In this document: piece after piece, positions 10,181 through 18,682 of the stretch
How the letters are laid out: the number at the start of each line of letters is the position of its first letter
Numbering within the stretch: the stretch's first letter is position 1
Source: an uncultured Clostridium sp.
Lineage (GTDB): Bacteria; Bacillota; Clostridia; TANB77; CAG-508
Length of the DNA: 64,000 bases
Direction of reading: 5' to 3'
Assembly (NCBI GenBank): GCA_946499885.1
Contig: CAMMTN010000006.1
Span: 8,375 to 72,374 of the forward strand
Made by a program: the position numbers and the translations under genes
Notes under the pieces: model-generated
The model's input: the letters and a program-made list of their open reading frames with translations, nothing else
Database searches by the model: none
What the model was told of the DNA's origin: nothing

Positions 10181-10582
10181 ACTTGTCAAAACTAGATAAA
10201 TAATAATCCCCCACATTGAAATGAGTTTTAAACATTTAATAGAACGGGGAGTAAGCCTTCAAAAAATTCACAGTTTTTTTACGTGAGGGGGGAGTATATT
10301 ATTTTTCATCTAAACCATGAAGAAACCATGAAAAGTATAGTTTTTCCATACTGTAAAAAGGAGTATAGAAAGTACATTTTTTAAATGAACAAAGAGAAAA
10401 ATAATAATTGAAGCCAGAACGAAGCAAGAGAAATTTATAAATTTAACGCGAGAAGAAATTGAGAAATGTATGAAAATATGTTTTTTCATATTTTCCGAAA
10501 CTATAAAAAACAATTTTTATAGACTTACTATGTTTAAAAATGTTTATAACATTTTTTAGTATTTACGAAAAGAGGAAATAGT

Positions 10583-10798
10583 ATGATAGAAAAAAATGTA
10601 ATTTTAGAAATTTTAAAAAGAGTACAAGTTCTATTAAGTAAAGAGGAAATATACTACGCAAAGGAATATATAAAACTAGAAATTGAAAATTTTGAAGGAA
10701 TTACACCCAGAAAATGTAAAAATACTATTTATAAATTTTATTATTGTGACAAATGTAGTAATATAAATTGTCCTGATAATAAGTGTATAAATAAGTGA
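10583..10798 (+). CDS. Hypothetical Cys-rich small protein
   Basis: 71-aa ORF with an aagagga RBS and a C-terminal CDKCSNINCPDNKC cluster. Confidence 0.5.
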   Translation: MIEKNVILEILKRVQVLLSKEEIYYAKEYIKLEIENFEGITPRKCKNTIYKFYYCDKCSNINCPDNKCINK

Positions 10799-10929
10799 CG
10801 AAAAGGTGACGAAAATAAAAAGAGACAAGATATTTTTAAAATATTTAAAGATAATCAAAATCAATAAAATGCATATTTTACAATACTTTGAAACAAATTA
10901 AGACATTTAAAAATAAACACTTAAACACA

Positions 10930-10974
10930 TTCATACCCAGTGGGTCGATGGTTCGAATCCATTTCTCGCTACCA
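10930..10974 (+). pseudogene. Displaced native 3' half of tRNA-Met (attR side)
   Basis: Runs from the anticodon loop to the ACCA end. Its T arm GATGG-TTCGAAT-CCATT pairs better than the one in the expressed copy. Confidence 0.8.
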
Positions 10975-11034
10975 AAAATAGCAAATCTCTCGGGATTTGC
11001 TTATTTTTATGCCTATGTGAAAAGTGACGAAAAG
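10930..11034 (+). repeat. attR-side direct repeat
   Basis: Imperfect copy of 5345-5458, including the terminator-like hairpin and a gtgacgaaaa motif. Confidence 0.8.
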
Positions 11035-11050
11035 AGTAATTGCTCAAAAT

Positions 11051-11290
11051 TTATTCTCTAGAATTTCTAGAACTTTCACCTTTTCCAGAACTATTGCAAA
11101 GTTTATCGTATTCTTTACATTTTATTTTATATTCCATCACTTGTGTCATATATCTATAATACATATATGCTTGTTCATACTGGGCTATAGGATTAAACAT
11201 AGGATTATCTCCAATATTTGCATCAAAATTTGTATCATAATTATATGGTGGCATTCCATAAAAATTATTCATATTATCATTTCTATCCAT
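11051..11290 (-). CDS. Hypothetical small N/Y/M-rich protein (possibly spore-associated)
   Basis: 79 aa from the ATG preceded by taggagtga. No motif recognised. Confidence 0.5.
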   Translation of the reverse strand: MDRNDNMNNFYGMPPYNYDTNFDANIGDNPMFNPIAQYEQAYMYYRYMTQVMEYKIKCKEYDKLCNSSGKGESSRNSRE

Positions 11291-11360
11291 ATAAAAATCA
11301 CTCCTAAAATAAATCATTTATAAAAATATATGCAGAAGCATATGAGATATATGCAAAATT

Positions 11361-12557
11361 TTAAGCAAATTTACTATATATTTTCTTAAAAATATTAAAT
11401 ATAATAAATAAAATAGAAATTGAAATTACAAATATTCCAAAATTATAAAAGTATGAATAAAGAAAGTTATATGATGTATTAAAAACTTCTAATTGAGTAG
11501 TATTTGTAGCTGAAGTTTCAACAATATCTAGATTAATAAAAGGAATGAATTTCAGTGCTAAAAAAGTATAAATGCTAGCGATAGAACCTTGTAATAATTT
11601 TCCAAAGAAATATTTTTTTATAGATAAATCAGTTTTAGCTACGATACTAAATACCTGAAATAAAACTGAAAAACCTCCAAATCCAAGTAAAAAAGCACAA
11701 AGTATTATATTTTGTGAGATGGCTTTTATATGAATATTGCTAACAGACTTAACTCCATTTGTAAGTTCTATAATTCCAGATAATAGTGGCTTAGAAAAAT
11801 CTAAATCAAAATTTAAAAAGCTAAGTATAGGATTTAGAAACTTACTTAAAAAATCCAAAGCATACGTGCTATTTAAAATAGAAATAATTACTGAAAAGAT
11901 AACCACAAATCCACCTATCAAAAGGATTGTAGAAATTGCACTATTTATACTAGTTCCAAGAACTTCACCAAGATTTTTTAATGTAACATTATTAGTCTTT
12001 AAAATGGTTTTACTAGAAGTATAGTTATCTTTTATTTTATAAGAAAATTTACCTAAAATAATTCCAACTGTAATGCAAGATAGAACATGTGTACATAATA
12101 ACAATAGACCAGTTTTTGTATCTCCAAATAAACTTATGCCAACACTACTTAATATAAACAAAGGTCCTGAATTATTAGTAAAAGCAAGAAGACGTTCACC
12201 TTCATCTTTACTAACTAATCCTTTTTCTCTAAAATCAGAAACTATTTTTGCACCTACTGGATAACCACTAATAAGTCCCATAATAAAAGCAAATCCACTA
12301 ATACCCGGAACATTAAAAAATGGTCTCATAAATTTATCTAATAACTTGCCAATAAATGAAACTACATTTGTATAAGAAAGCAGATTAGTAATAACAAAAA
12401 AAGGAAAAAGCGAGGGCACAACACAAGTAGCCCACAGGGAAAGTCCATTACTTGCAGCAGAAAGATTAGTCTTAGAAAACACAACTAAACAAATTGCAGT
12501 AATTACAAAGATGAAAGGTACAATATTTCGTTTAAAAGATAAAATAACAAACTTCAT
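11361..12557 (-). CDS. ylbJ: Sporulation integral membrane protein YlbJ (nucleoside-recognition domain family)
   Basis: About 398-aa polytopic membrane protein with YlbJ-like length and architecture. ATG at 12557 follows an AGGTGA RBS. Confidence 0.75.
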   Translation of the reverse strand: MKFVILSFKRNIVPFIFVITAICLVVFSKTNLSAASNGLSLWATCVVPSLFPFFVITNLLSYTNVVSFIGKLLDKFMRPFFNVPGISGFAFIMGLISGYPVGAKIVSDFREKGLVSKDEGERLLAFTNNSGPLFILSSVGISLFGDTKTGLLLLCTHVLSCITVGIILGKFSYKIKDNYTSSKTILKTNNVTLKNLGEVLGTSINSAISTILLIGGFVVIFSVIISILNSTYALDFLSKFLNPILSFLNFDLDFSKPLLSGIIELTNGVKSVSNIHIKAISQNIILCAFLLGFGGFSVLFQVFSIVAKTDLSIKKYFFGKLLQGSIASIYTFLALKFIPFINLDIVETSATNTTQLEVFNTSYNFLYSYFYNFGIFVISISILFIIFNIFKKIYSKFA

Positions 12558-12616
12558 AAACTTCACCTAATAATATAGATATGCACAAAAAAAAAGAAAA
12601 TGAGTTTGGCGCGTTT

Positions 12617-12631
12617 GGGACAGGCCTTTTT
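12617..12631. repeat. Left arm of the 15-bp perfect inverted repeat flanking splB
   Basis: gggacaggccttttt. Its reverse complement lies at 13836-13850. Confidence 0.8.
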
Positions 12632-12737
12632 GTGCCATTTTAAAAAAGTAAATTTAATAAGATGATAAAGACATGAATAAAAAGTACAAATATTTGCATA
12701 ATAAATTAATAAAATATATCTATTATGGAGAGATTAA

Positions 12738-13742
12738 ATGAGAAATTTTATTCCAGATGCAATATATTATGAAGAAAATATAACACAGTACGAGTTAGGA
12801 AAATATTTGCTTGAAAAGTATAAAAGTGTTCCAAAATTTATTATAGAGAATCATAATAATATAGAAGAAATGAGAAAGAAAGAGAATAAAGAATTTCCTA
12901 AAATGAAAAGAAACTTAATTATAGGAATTAGAAAAACTCATAAGTTTGTACCAAACAATAAAATATCTAATTATTTAGTACCATATACTTCATCAGGTTG
13001 TACAGCAATGTGTTTGTATTGTTATTTGGTTTGTAATTATAACAAATGTGCATATTTGAGATTGTTTGTAAATAGAGAAGAAATGTTAAACAAAATTCTA
13101 AAAACAGCTAACGAAAGTAAAGAAGAATTAGTATTTGAAATAGGAAGTAATAGTGATTTAATACTTGAAAATTTAATTACTGGAAATTTAAAATGGACTA
13201 TAGAAAATTTTAGTAAAGCAGAAAAGGGATATATTACTTTTCCAACGAAATTTGATATGGTAGAAGATATATTAGATGTAAAAGGAAAAGAACGAGTAAT
13301 AATAAGAATGAGTGTAAATCCAAAAGAGATTATTAGCAAGGTTGAAATGGGAACATCTCAGTTAGAAGAAAGAGTCAAAGCAATAAATAAGTTAAAAGAA
13401 GCTGGATATAAAGTGGGAATATTGATTGCGCCAGTAATTTTTGTGGAGAATTGGGAAAAATTATATGAGGAACTTATAATATATTTAAAAGAAAATTTGA
13501 GTGATGAAGTAAAAAAAGAAGTATTTTTTGAAGTGATACTTATGACATATAGTTACGTGCATAGAAAAATAAATGAAGAAGCTTTTCCAAGTGCAATAAA
13601 TTTGTATGATACAGATTTAATGACAGGCAGGGGCAAGGGAAAATATACGTACAAACAAGAACAGAGAAAAGTGGGAGAAGAGTATATAAGAAAACTTTTA
13701 AACAAATACTTTCCGGAAAATGAAATTAAATATTTTAGTTAA
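12738..13742 (+). CDS. splB: Spore photoproduct lyase (radical SAM)
   Basis: 334 aa. Radical-SAM cluster CTAMCLYCYL (CxxxCxxC). SplB-like length. Confidence 0.85.
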   Translation: MRNFIPDAIYYEENITQYELGKYLLEKYKSVPKFIIENHNNIEEMRKKENKEFPKMKRNLIIGIRKTHKFVPNNKISNYLVPYTSSGCTAMCLYCYLVCNYNKCAYLRLFVNREEMLNKILKTANESKEELVFEIGSNSDLILENLITGNLKWTIENFSKAEKGYITFPTKFDMVEDILDVKGKERVIIRMSVNPKEIISKVEMGTSQLEERVKAINKLKEAGYKVGILIAPVIFVENWEKLYEELIIYLKENLSDEVKKEVFFEVILMTYSYVHRKINEEAFPSAINLYDTDLMTGRGKGKYTYKQEQRKVGEEYIRKLLNKYFPENEIKYFS

Positions 13743-13835
13743 AAAATATTAACAAATAAAAAATATGTGATATAATTTCGAAGAATATAAAAAATATATT
13801 TTGAAGGGGTGTCCCTAATTTAGACAAAAGTACAG

Positions 13836-13850
13836 AAAAAGGCCTGTCCC
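13836..13850. repeat. Right arm of the inverted repeat flanking splB
   Basis: aaaaaggcctgtccc is the exact reverse complement of 12617-12631. Confidence 0.8.
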
Positions 13851-13881
13851 TTTTCTGACAAAACGAAAGAAGGTATGTGGT

Positions 13882-16455
13882 ATGTATGAAAAGGAATGTA
13901 TAAGTAGCGTAGAAGAGTTTGTTAAGGAGAATAATTTTAAGAAAAGAGGTTTAACAACAACTGAAGCAAGAAATAATTTGGCAAAGTATGGCAAAAATAT
14001 GATGAAACAGAAGAAACCAAAACAATGGTACAATTATTTGTTTGAAAGTTTGTTTAGTACTTTTAATTTAATTTTATTAGGAATTGTAGTGGTTTTATTT
14101 TATACAGATGTTATTTTGTCAGAGCCACCAAGTTATGCTAATATTATAGTAATATTAATTTTGATTTTGGCAAGTACAATGCTTGAATTTTTTGAAGTGT
14201 ATAGATCTAATAAAGCAGCGGAAAAGTTAAAAAATTTAGTTTCAGTTAAAACTGCTGTAATAAGAAATGGTAAGGTTACAAAAGTACAATCTTCTGAAGT
14301 AACAGTAGGCGATGTGGTAGTCTTATCTGCAGGGGATTTAATACCAGCAGATTTAAGAATAATTGAAGCTAAAGATTTGTATGTGGTGCAATCTTCACTA
14401 ACTGGCGAAAGTGATTCAGTAAAAAAGGTTGCTGAGTCTGAGCAGAACGGAAAGATAGAAGATATAACAGATTTAGATACAATTTGTTTTATGGGGACAA
14501 ATGTAATGAGTGGGTCTGCTAAGGGAATTGTTTTTAGAGTAGGTGATGACACTTATTTTGGAAAAATTGCAGACAATATTACAGATGAAAAACCTAAAAC
14601 TTCTTTTCAACAAGGAATAGAAAATGTTAGTAAATTGTTAATAAGATTTATGGCGGTTCTAATACCAATAACTTTTATAGCAAATGCTGCAAAACATGGA
14701 ACTATTACTGCATTTACTTTTGCAGTAGCTATTGCTATAGGTATAACACCACTTCTATTGCCAGTTATATTATCTTCTAGTTTGGCAAAAGGTGCAACTA
14801 GAATGTCTAAGAAAAAAACTATTGTAAAGAAGTTAGACAGCATTCAGAGTTTTGGTGCAATGAATATTTTATGTACAGATAAAACAGGAACTCTTACAGA
14901 GGATAAAATTGTTCTTGAAAAATATTTGGATATAAAAGGTGAGGAAGACACAAGAGTATTAAAACATGCATTTTTAAATTCATATTTCCAAACAGGACTA
15001 AAGGGAAATATAGATGAAGCGGTTATTGCAAGAACAGCTAAAACTGAACTAAATGGAATAGAAGAAAATTACGAAAAAATAGATGAGATACCGTTTGATT
15101 TCTCAAGGAGAAGATTATCTGTTGTAGTATCAGATGGAAAAAAGAAACAATTAATCACAAAAGGTGCAGTAGAAGAGATATTAAGTATTTGTACATTAGT
15201 TGACTATAAAGGCGAAGTTTCAGAAATAACAAGAGAAATTAAACAAAACATATTAAAAATAACAAAAGAACTAAACAAACAAGGATTAAGAGTTGTTGCA
15301 GTTTGTCAAAAGAATGATATAGAAGGAATAGAAAGTTTTTCTGTTAAAGATGAATGTAAAATGGTACTTATGGGATTCATAGGATTTTTAGATCCACCAA
15401 AAGAAAGTGCCAAAGATGCAATAGCAAGATTAAATAGAGATGGAATAAGAGTTATAGTTTTAACTGGGGATAATGAGTATGTAACAAAAGCAATATGCGA
15501 AAAGGTAAATATAAATACAGATAAAATTATATTAGGAAGCAAAATAGAAAAATTATCAGATACAGCATTAAAAAGGCATTTGAAAAAAACTAATGTTTAT
15601 GCAAAGCTATCTCCTATACAAAAAGCAAGAATTGTAAGAGTGCTAAAAGAAGCGGGAAATGTAGTAGGATATATGGGAGATGGAATTAATGATGCACCAT
15701 CAATGCATAATGCAGAAGTTGGAATTTCAGTAGATACAGCAGTTGATATAACAAAGGAAACAGCAGATATAATACTTCTTGAAAAGGATTTAGATGTTTT
15801 AACAGATGGAGTAATTGAAGGAAGAAAGACTTTTGGCAATCTTTTAAAATATATAAAAATGGCTGTAAGCTTTAACTTTGGAGAAGTTTTATCAGTATTA
15901 ATTGCAAGTGTGTTATTACCATTTTTTCCCATCACACCAATACAACTTTTGGTACAAAGTTTAATATATGATATTGGACAATTATCTATTCCATATGACA
16001 ATGTTGATAAGGAATATTTAGAAAAGCCAAGAGTATGGAATATAAAAAATTTAAAAAGGTTTATGCTATATATGGGACCTACAAGCTCAATATTTGACTT
16101 AATAGTATTTGCCTCATTATGGTTTGTTTTTGGATTAAGAATGCCAGATGCTGCATTATTTCAATCAATATGGTTTTCATATGGCGTTGTTTCAAATTTA
16201 GTTGGACTACACATAATAAGAACTGCAAAAACACCATTTGTACAAAGTAATGCATCAAAAGCAGTTTATGCTACTTCAATAATCTTAAGCATAGTTGCAA
16301 TAGTAATACCGTTTACTTTTATAGGAAGATATATAGGGTTAACAGCAATACCATTTAAATATTTTAGTGTAATTTTATGCGTGCCTATTTTATATTGTTT
16401 CTTAGCGAGTTTTGTAAAAAAAAGATATATTAAGAAATATGGTGAATGGGTATAA
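13882..16455 (+). CDS. mgtA: Magnesium-translocating P-type ATPase
   Basis: 857 aa. Phosphorylation site CTDKTGTLT and GDGINDAP. ITPLLLPVILSSSLAKGATRMSKKKTIVKKLDSIQSFGAMNILCTDKTGTLT closely resembles the MgtA signature region as I recall it. Confidence 0.9.
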   Translation: MYEKECISSVEEFVKENNFKKRGLTTTEARNNLAKYGKNMMKQKKPKQWYNYLFESLFSTFNLILLGIVVVLFYTDVILSEPPSYANIIVILILILASTMLEFFEVYRSNKAAEKLKNLVSVKTAVIRNGKVTKVQSSEVTVGDVVVLSAGDLIPADLRIIEAKDLYVVQSSLTGESDSVKKVAESEQNGKIEDITDLDTICFMGTNVMSGSAKGIVFRVGDDTYFGKIADNITDEKPKTSFQQGIENVSKLLIRFMAVLIPITFIANAAKHGTITAFTFAVAIAIGITPLLLPVILSSSLAKGATRMSKKKTIVKKLDSIQSFGAMNILCTDKTGTLTEDKIVLEKYLDIKGEEDTRVLKHAFLNSYFQTGLKGNIDEAVIARTAKTELNGIEENYEKIDEIPFDFSRRRLSVVVSDGKKKQLITKGAVEEILSICTLVDYKGEVSEITREIKQNILKITKELNKQGLRVVAVCQKNDIEGIESFSVKDECKMVLMGFIGFLDPPKESAKDAIARLNRDGIRVIVLTGDNEYVTKAICEKVNINTDKIILGSKIEKLSDTALKRHLKKTNVYAKLSPIQKARIVRVLKEAGNVVGYMGDGINDAPSMHNAEVGISVDTAVDITKETADIILLEKDLDVLTDGVIEGRKTFGNLLKYIKMAVSFNFGEVLSVLIASVLLPFFPITPIQLLVQSLIYDIGQLSIPYDNVDKEYLEKPRVWNIKNLKRFMLYMGPTSSIFDLIVFASLWFVFGLRMPDAALFQSIWFSYGVVSNLVGLHIIRTAKTPFVQSNASKAVYATSIILSIVAIVIPFTFIGRYIGLTAIPFKYFSVILCVPILYCFLASFVKKRYIKKYGEWV

Positions 16456-16458
16456 AAA

Positions 16459-16577
16459 GCCAATGGGGACAGACACATTTGGCATAAAATATCAAATATA
16501 AATCGCGATAAAAATTAATTTTATCGCGGTTTATTCGTATATTTATTTTTAAGCCAAATGTGTCTGTCCCCATTGGC
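16459..16577. repeat. 119-bp palindromic element with 25-bp perfect inverted arms around a 69-bp core holding an inner hairpin
   Basis: gccaatggggacagacacatttggc (16459-16483) pairs with its exact reverse complement (16553-16577). Inner hairpin atcgcgataaaa/ttttatcgcg. Lies between convergent mgtA and deoD. Confidence 0.85.
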
Positions 16578-16586
16578 TTATTTTAT

Positions 16587-17297
16587 TTATATACTTTCTA
16601 AAGCAAGCTCAATCATATCATTTAAAGAACGCTCTCTTTCTTCTGAAGTACTTTCTTGGTTTTTGTAATGAGAATCAACTATTGTTAGCAAACAAGCAGC
16701 TTTTCTATTAAAATATTTTGCTATATAGAATAAAGCAAAAGCTTCCATTTCGCAAGCAATGATATTTAAGTCTTTAGGAAATCTAGATATGAAAGCTTCA
16801 ATATCATCTAAATATCCATCAAAGCAGTCATTACATAGTGTATTTCCTTTAATATATGGAATACCAATTCTTTTTGCTGTCTCTTCTAATTTTGAATTTA
16901 ATTCGTTATCTGCTTCAACAATATGGCACTCTTTTTCGCTCCATTCATAAGCAAAATTTCCTTCTGTATAACTTTTATCAACTAAAATCGTATCAAATAA
17001 ATTTAAACTTTCATTATATGCTCCGCAAGAGCCAATTCTAATAATTTTTTCAACATCATAGAATTTGAATAATTCATAAGAATAAATTCCCATACTTGGC
17101 ATTCCCATTCCTGAAGAAAATACAGTAACATCTTTTCCTTTATATGTTCCAGTATATGCAAGCATATTTCTAACTGTATTTACAAGTTTTGCATTTTCTA
17201 AAAAATTTTCAGCAATGTATTTTGCCCTTAATGGATCACCAGGCATAAGCACAGTTTTTTTAATATCTTCTTTTTTTGCATTACAATGTATAGACAT
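16587..17297 (-). CDS. deoD: Purine nucleoside phosphorylase, DeoD type
   Basis: 236 aa, DeoD-like (LMPGDPLRAKYIAE, GMGMPS, EMEAFAL). GGAGG RBS. Confidence 0.9.
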   Translation of the reverse strand: MSIHCNAKKEDIKKTVLMPGDPLRAKYIAENFLENAKLVNTVRNMLAYTGTYKGKDVTVFSSGMGMPSMGIYSYELFKFYDVEKIIRIGSCGAYNESLNLFDTILVDKSYTEGNFAYEWSEKECHIVEADNELNSKLEETAKRIGIPYIKGNTLCNDCFDGYLDDIEAFISRFPKDLNIIACEMEAFALFYIAKYFNRKAACLLTIVDSHYKNQESTSEERERSLNDMIELALESI

Positions 17298-17503
17298 AAA
17301 TTACCTCCTTAGTTTATTATGATATTTATTTTATAATATATACTAAATAAAAGCAAGAGATTAATTTTATAGTACCTAAAAAGTTAACTAAATAAGCTTA
17401 AAATAATTAAGATAATTCCTTCAAATCTATTGACATTTACATAAAAAAACAATATTATATATATGTAATTTGTAGATTTTTGTAGAATGGAGAGAAAAAA
17501 TAA

Positions 17504-18379
17504 ATGTATACTAAAATGCTAACCTCAAAATTAGGTGGAGAATTAGTAAGTTTTAAACTAGATGGAGAAGAAAGAATCCACCAAGGACTAGATTGTGTAG
17601 ACGAAAATGGAAAAGTATATTGGAAAAGACATTGGCCTGTATTGTTTCCTGTAGTAGGTAAGCTAAAGAAAAATCAAACAATTATTAATGGAAGAATTTA
17701 TGAAATGCCACAACATGGCCTAGCAAGAGATTTGGAATTTGAACCTATAACCAAGCTAGATAATTTCCATTCATATGTGTTAAAGAGTAATAAAATATCT
17801 AAAAATAGATATCCATATGATTTTGAGTTATATACAACATATAGATTAGATGAAAATAAAATAACAACAATATATAAAGTAATAAATACAGGTGATATTA
17901 CCCTTCCTTTTGGAATAGGTGGTCATCCAGCATTTAAAATTGATCAAGAAGAATTAAAAAAAGGCAACTACTATCTAGAATTTGAAGAAGACGAAGATAA
18001 AATTCATTTTTTATATTTAGTAGATGGATTAGTTGGTACAGAATATGCAAGAAATACAATGCTTGATAAAAGAATAATAGCTATAGGGCCAGATACTTTT
18101 AATAATGATGCTTTGATAATGAAAGGAATTACATCAAATAAAATTAGTTTAAAAAATAAAGAAACTGGAAAAAAACTACTTACTCTTGATTTTACAGGAT
18201 TTCCTTATCTTGCATTATGGTCAAAACCTAATGCACCATTTATCTGTATAGAGCCATGGTATTCAACAGCAGATACTATAAAAAGTACAGGTGTATTTAT
18301 TCAAAAACAAGATATTATCTCCTTAAAACCTGGTGAAACTTTTGAATGTAAATATACAGTAGAATTTTTTAAAGAATAG
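17504..18379 (+). CDS. Aldose 1-epimerase family protein
   Basis: 291 aa with a mutarotase-like pattern (FPVVG, HGLARD, GGHPAF, EPW). Confidence 0.7.
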   Translation: MYTKMLTSKLGGELVSFKLDGEERIHQGLDCVDENGKVYWKRHWPVLFPVVGKLKKNQTIINGRIYEMPQHGLARDLEFEPITKLDNFHSYVLKSNKISKNRYPYDFELYTTYRLDENKITTIYKVINTGDITLPFGIGGHPAFKIDQEELKKGNYYLEFEEDEDKIHFLYLVDGLVGTEYARNTMLDKRIIAIGPDTFNNDALIMKGITSNKISLKNKETGKKLLTLDFTGFPYLALWSKPNAPFICIEPWYSTADTIKSTGVFIQKQDIISLKPGETFECKYTVEFFKE

Positions 18380-18432
18380 CAAAAAATAAGCCCATGTGTA
18401 CTTTCGAAACAAAGAAAGGAATGAAATTTAAA

Positions 18433-18615
18433 ATGGAATATATCATAAATTTTTTAGGAATAATTATGGCATTGCTAGGAGTAGTAATGGTCTATGATGC
18501 AAGAAAAATTACAAGAAAATTATTTGGATTTGGAGACCAAAATCAAGCAGCTTGGGGAATGAAAATATTAGGATTTATTATAGCAATAATAGGTGCACTA
18601 ATAGTTTATTTTTAA
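18433..18615 (+). CDS. Small two-TM membrane protein
   Basis: 60 aa with two hydrophobic helices. An alternative in-frame ATG lies at 18421. Confidence 0.55.
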   Translation: MEYIINFLGIIMALLGVVMVYDARKITRKLFGFGDQNQAAWGMKILGFIIAIIGALIVYF

Positions 18616-18682
18616 ATAAGATTTATTGTATTAATTACTTCTTTGTGATATAGTATTAAAAAAATAAAATCAGGAGATAAAT

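Larger units (their letters stand above)
5345..10974. mobile_element. ~5.6 kb integrative element in the 3' half of tRNA-Met (phage-like or satellite-like remnant carrying int, XRE repressor, cro-like HTH, xis and small ORFs)
   Basis: Tyrosine integrase lies next to the tRNA. About 110 bp imperfect direct repeats sit at 5345-5458 and 10930-11034, each holding a tRNA 3' half plus its terminator. Divergent HTH genes and an excisionase-like gene lie inside. Confidence 0.8.

Noticed and set aside
10180-10582. Possible sRNA or small ORF in the 400-bp gap inside the element (cccccac...gtgagggggg pairing; 67-aa minus ORF 10310-10513)
   Set aside because: I found no convincing promoter, RBS or terminator. 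The ORF is hydrophobic low-complexity, and the evidence is too weak.
11024-12264. Plus-strand ORFs 11024-11323, 11737-12024 and 12073-12264
   Set aside because: They are antisense to the small N/Y-rich gene and to ylbJ. They are low-complexity and lack an RBS.
13743-13881. M-box (Mg) riboswitch upstream of mgtA
   Set aside because: The spacer is only about 140 nt, and I see none of the conserved M-box helices or sequence blocks.
14133-16478. Five minus-strand ORFs inside mgtA (14133-14552, 14607-14843, 15306-15542, 15597-16001, 16266-16478)
   Set aside because: They are antisense to a strongly supported P-type ATPase gene. They have no RBS and typical shadow-ORF composition.
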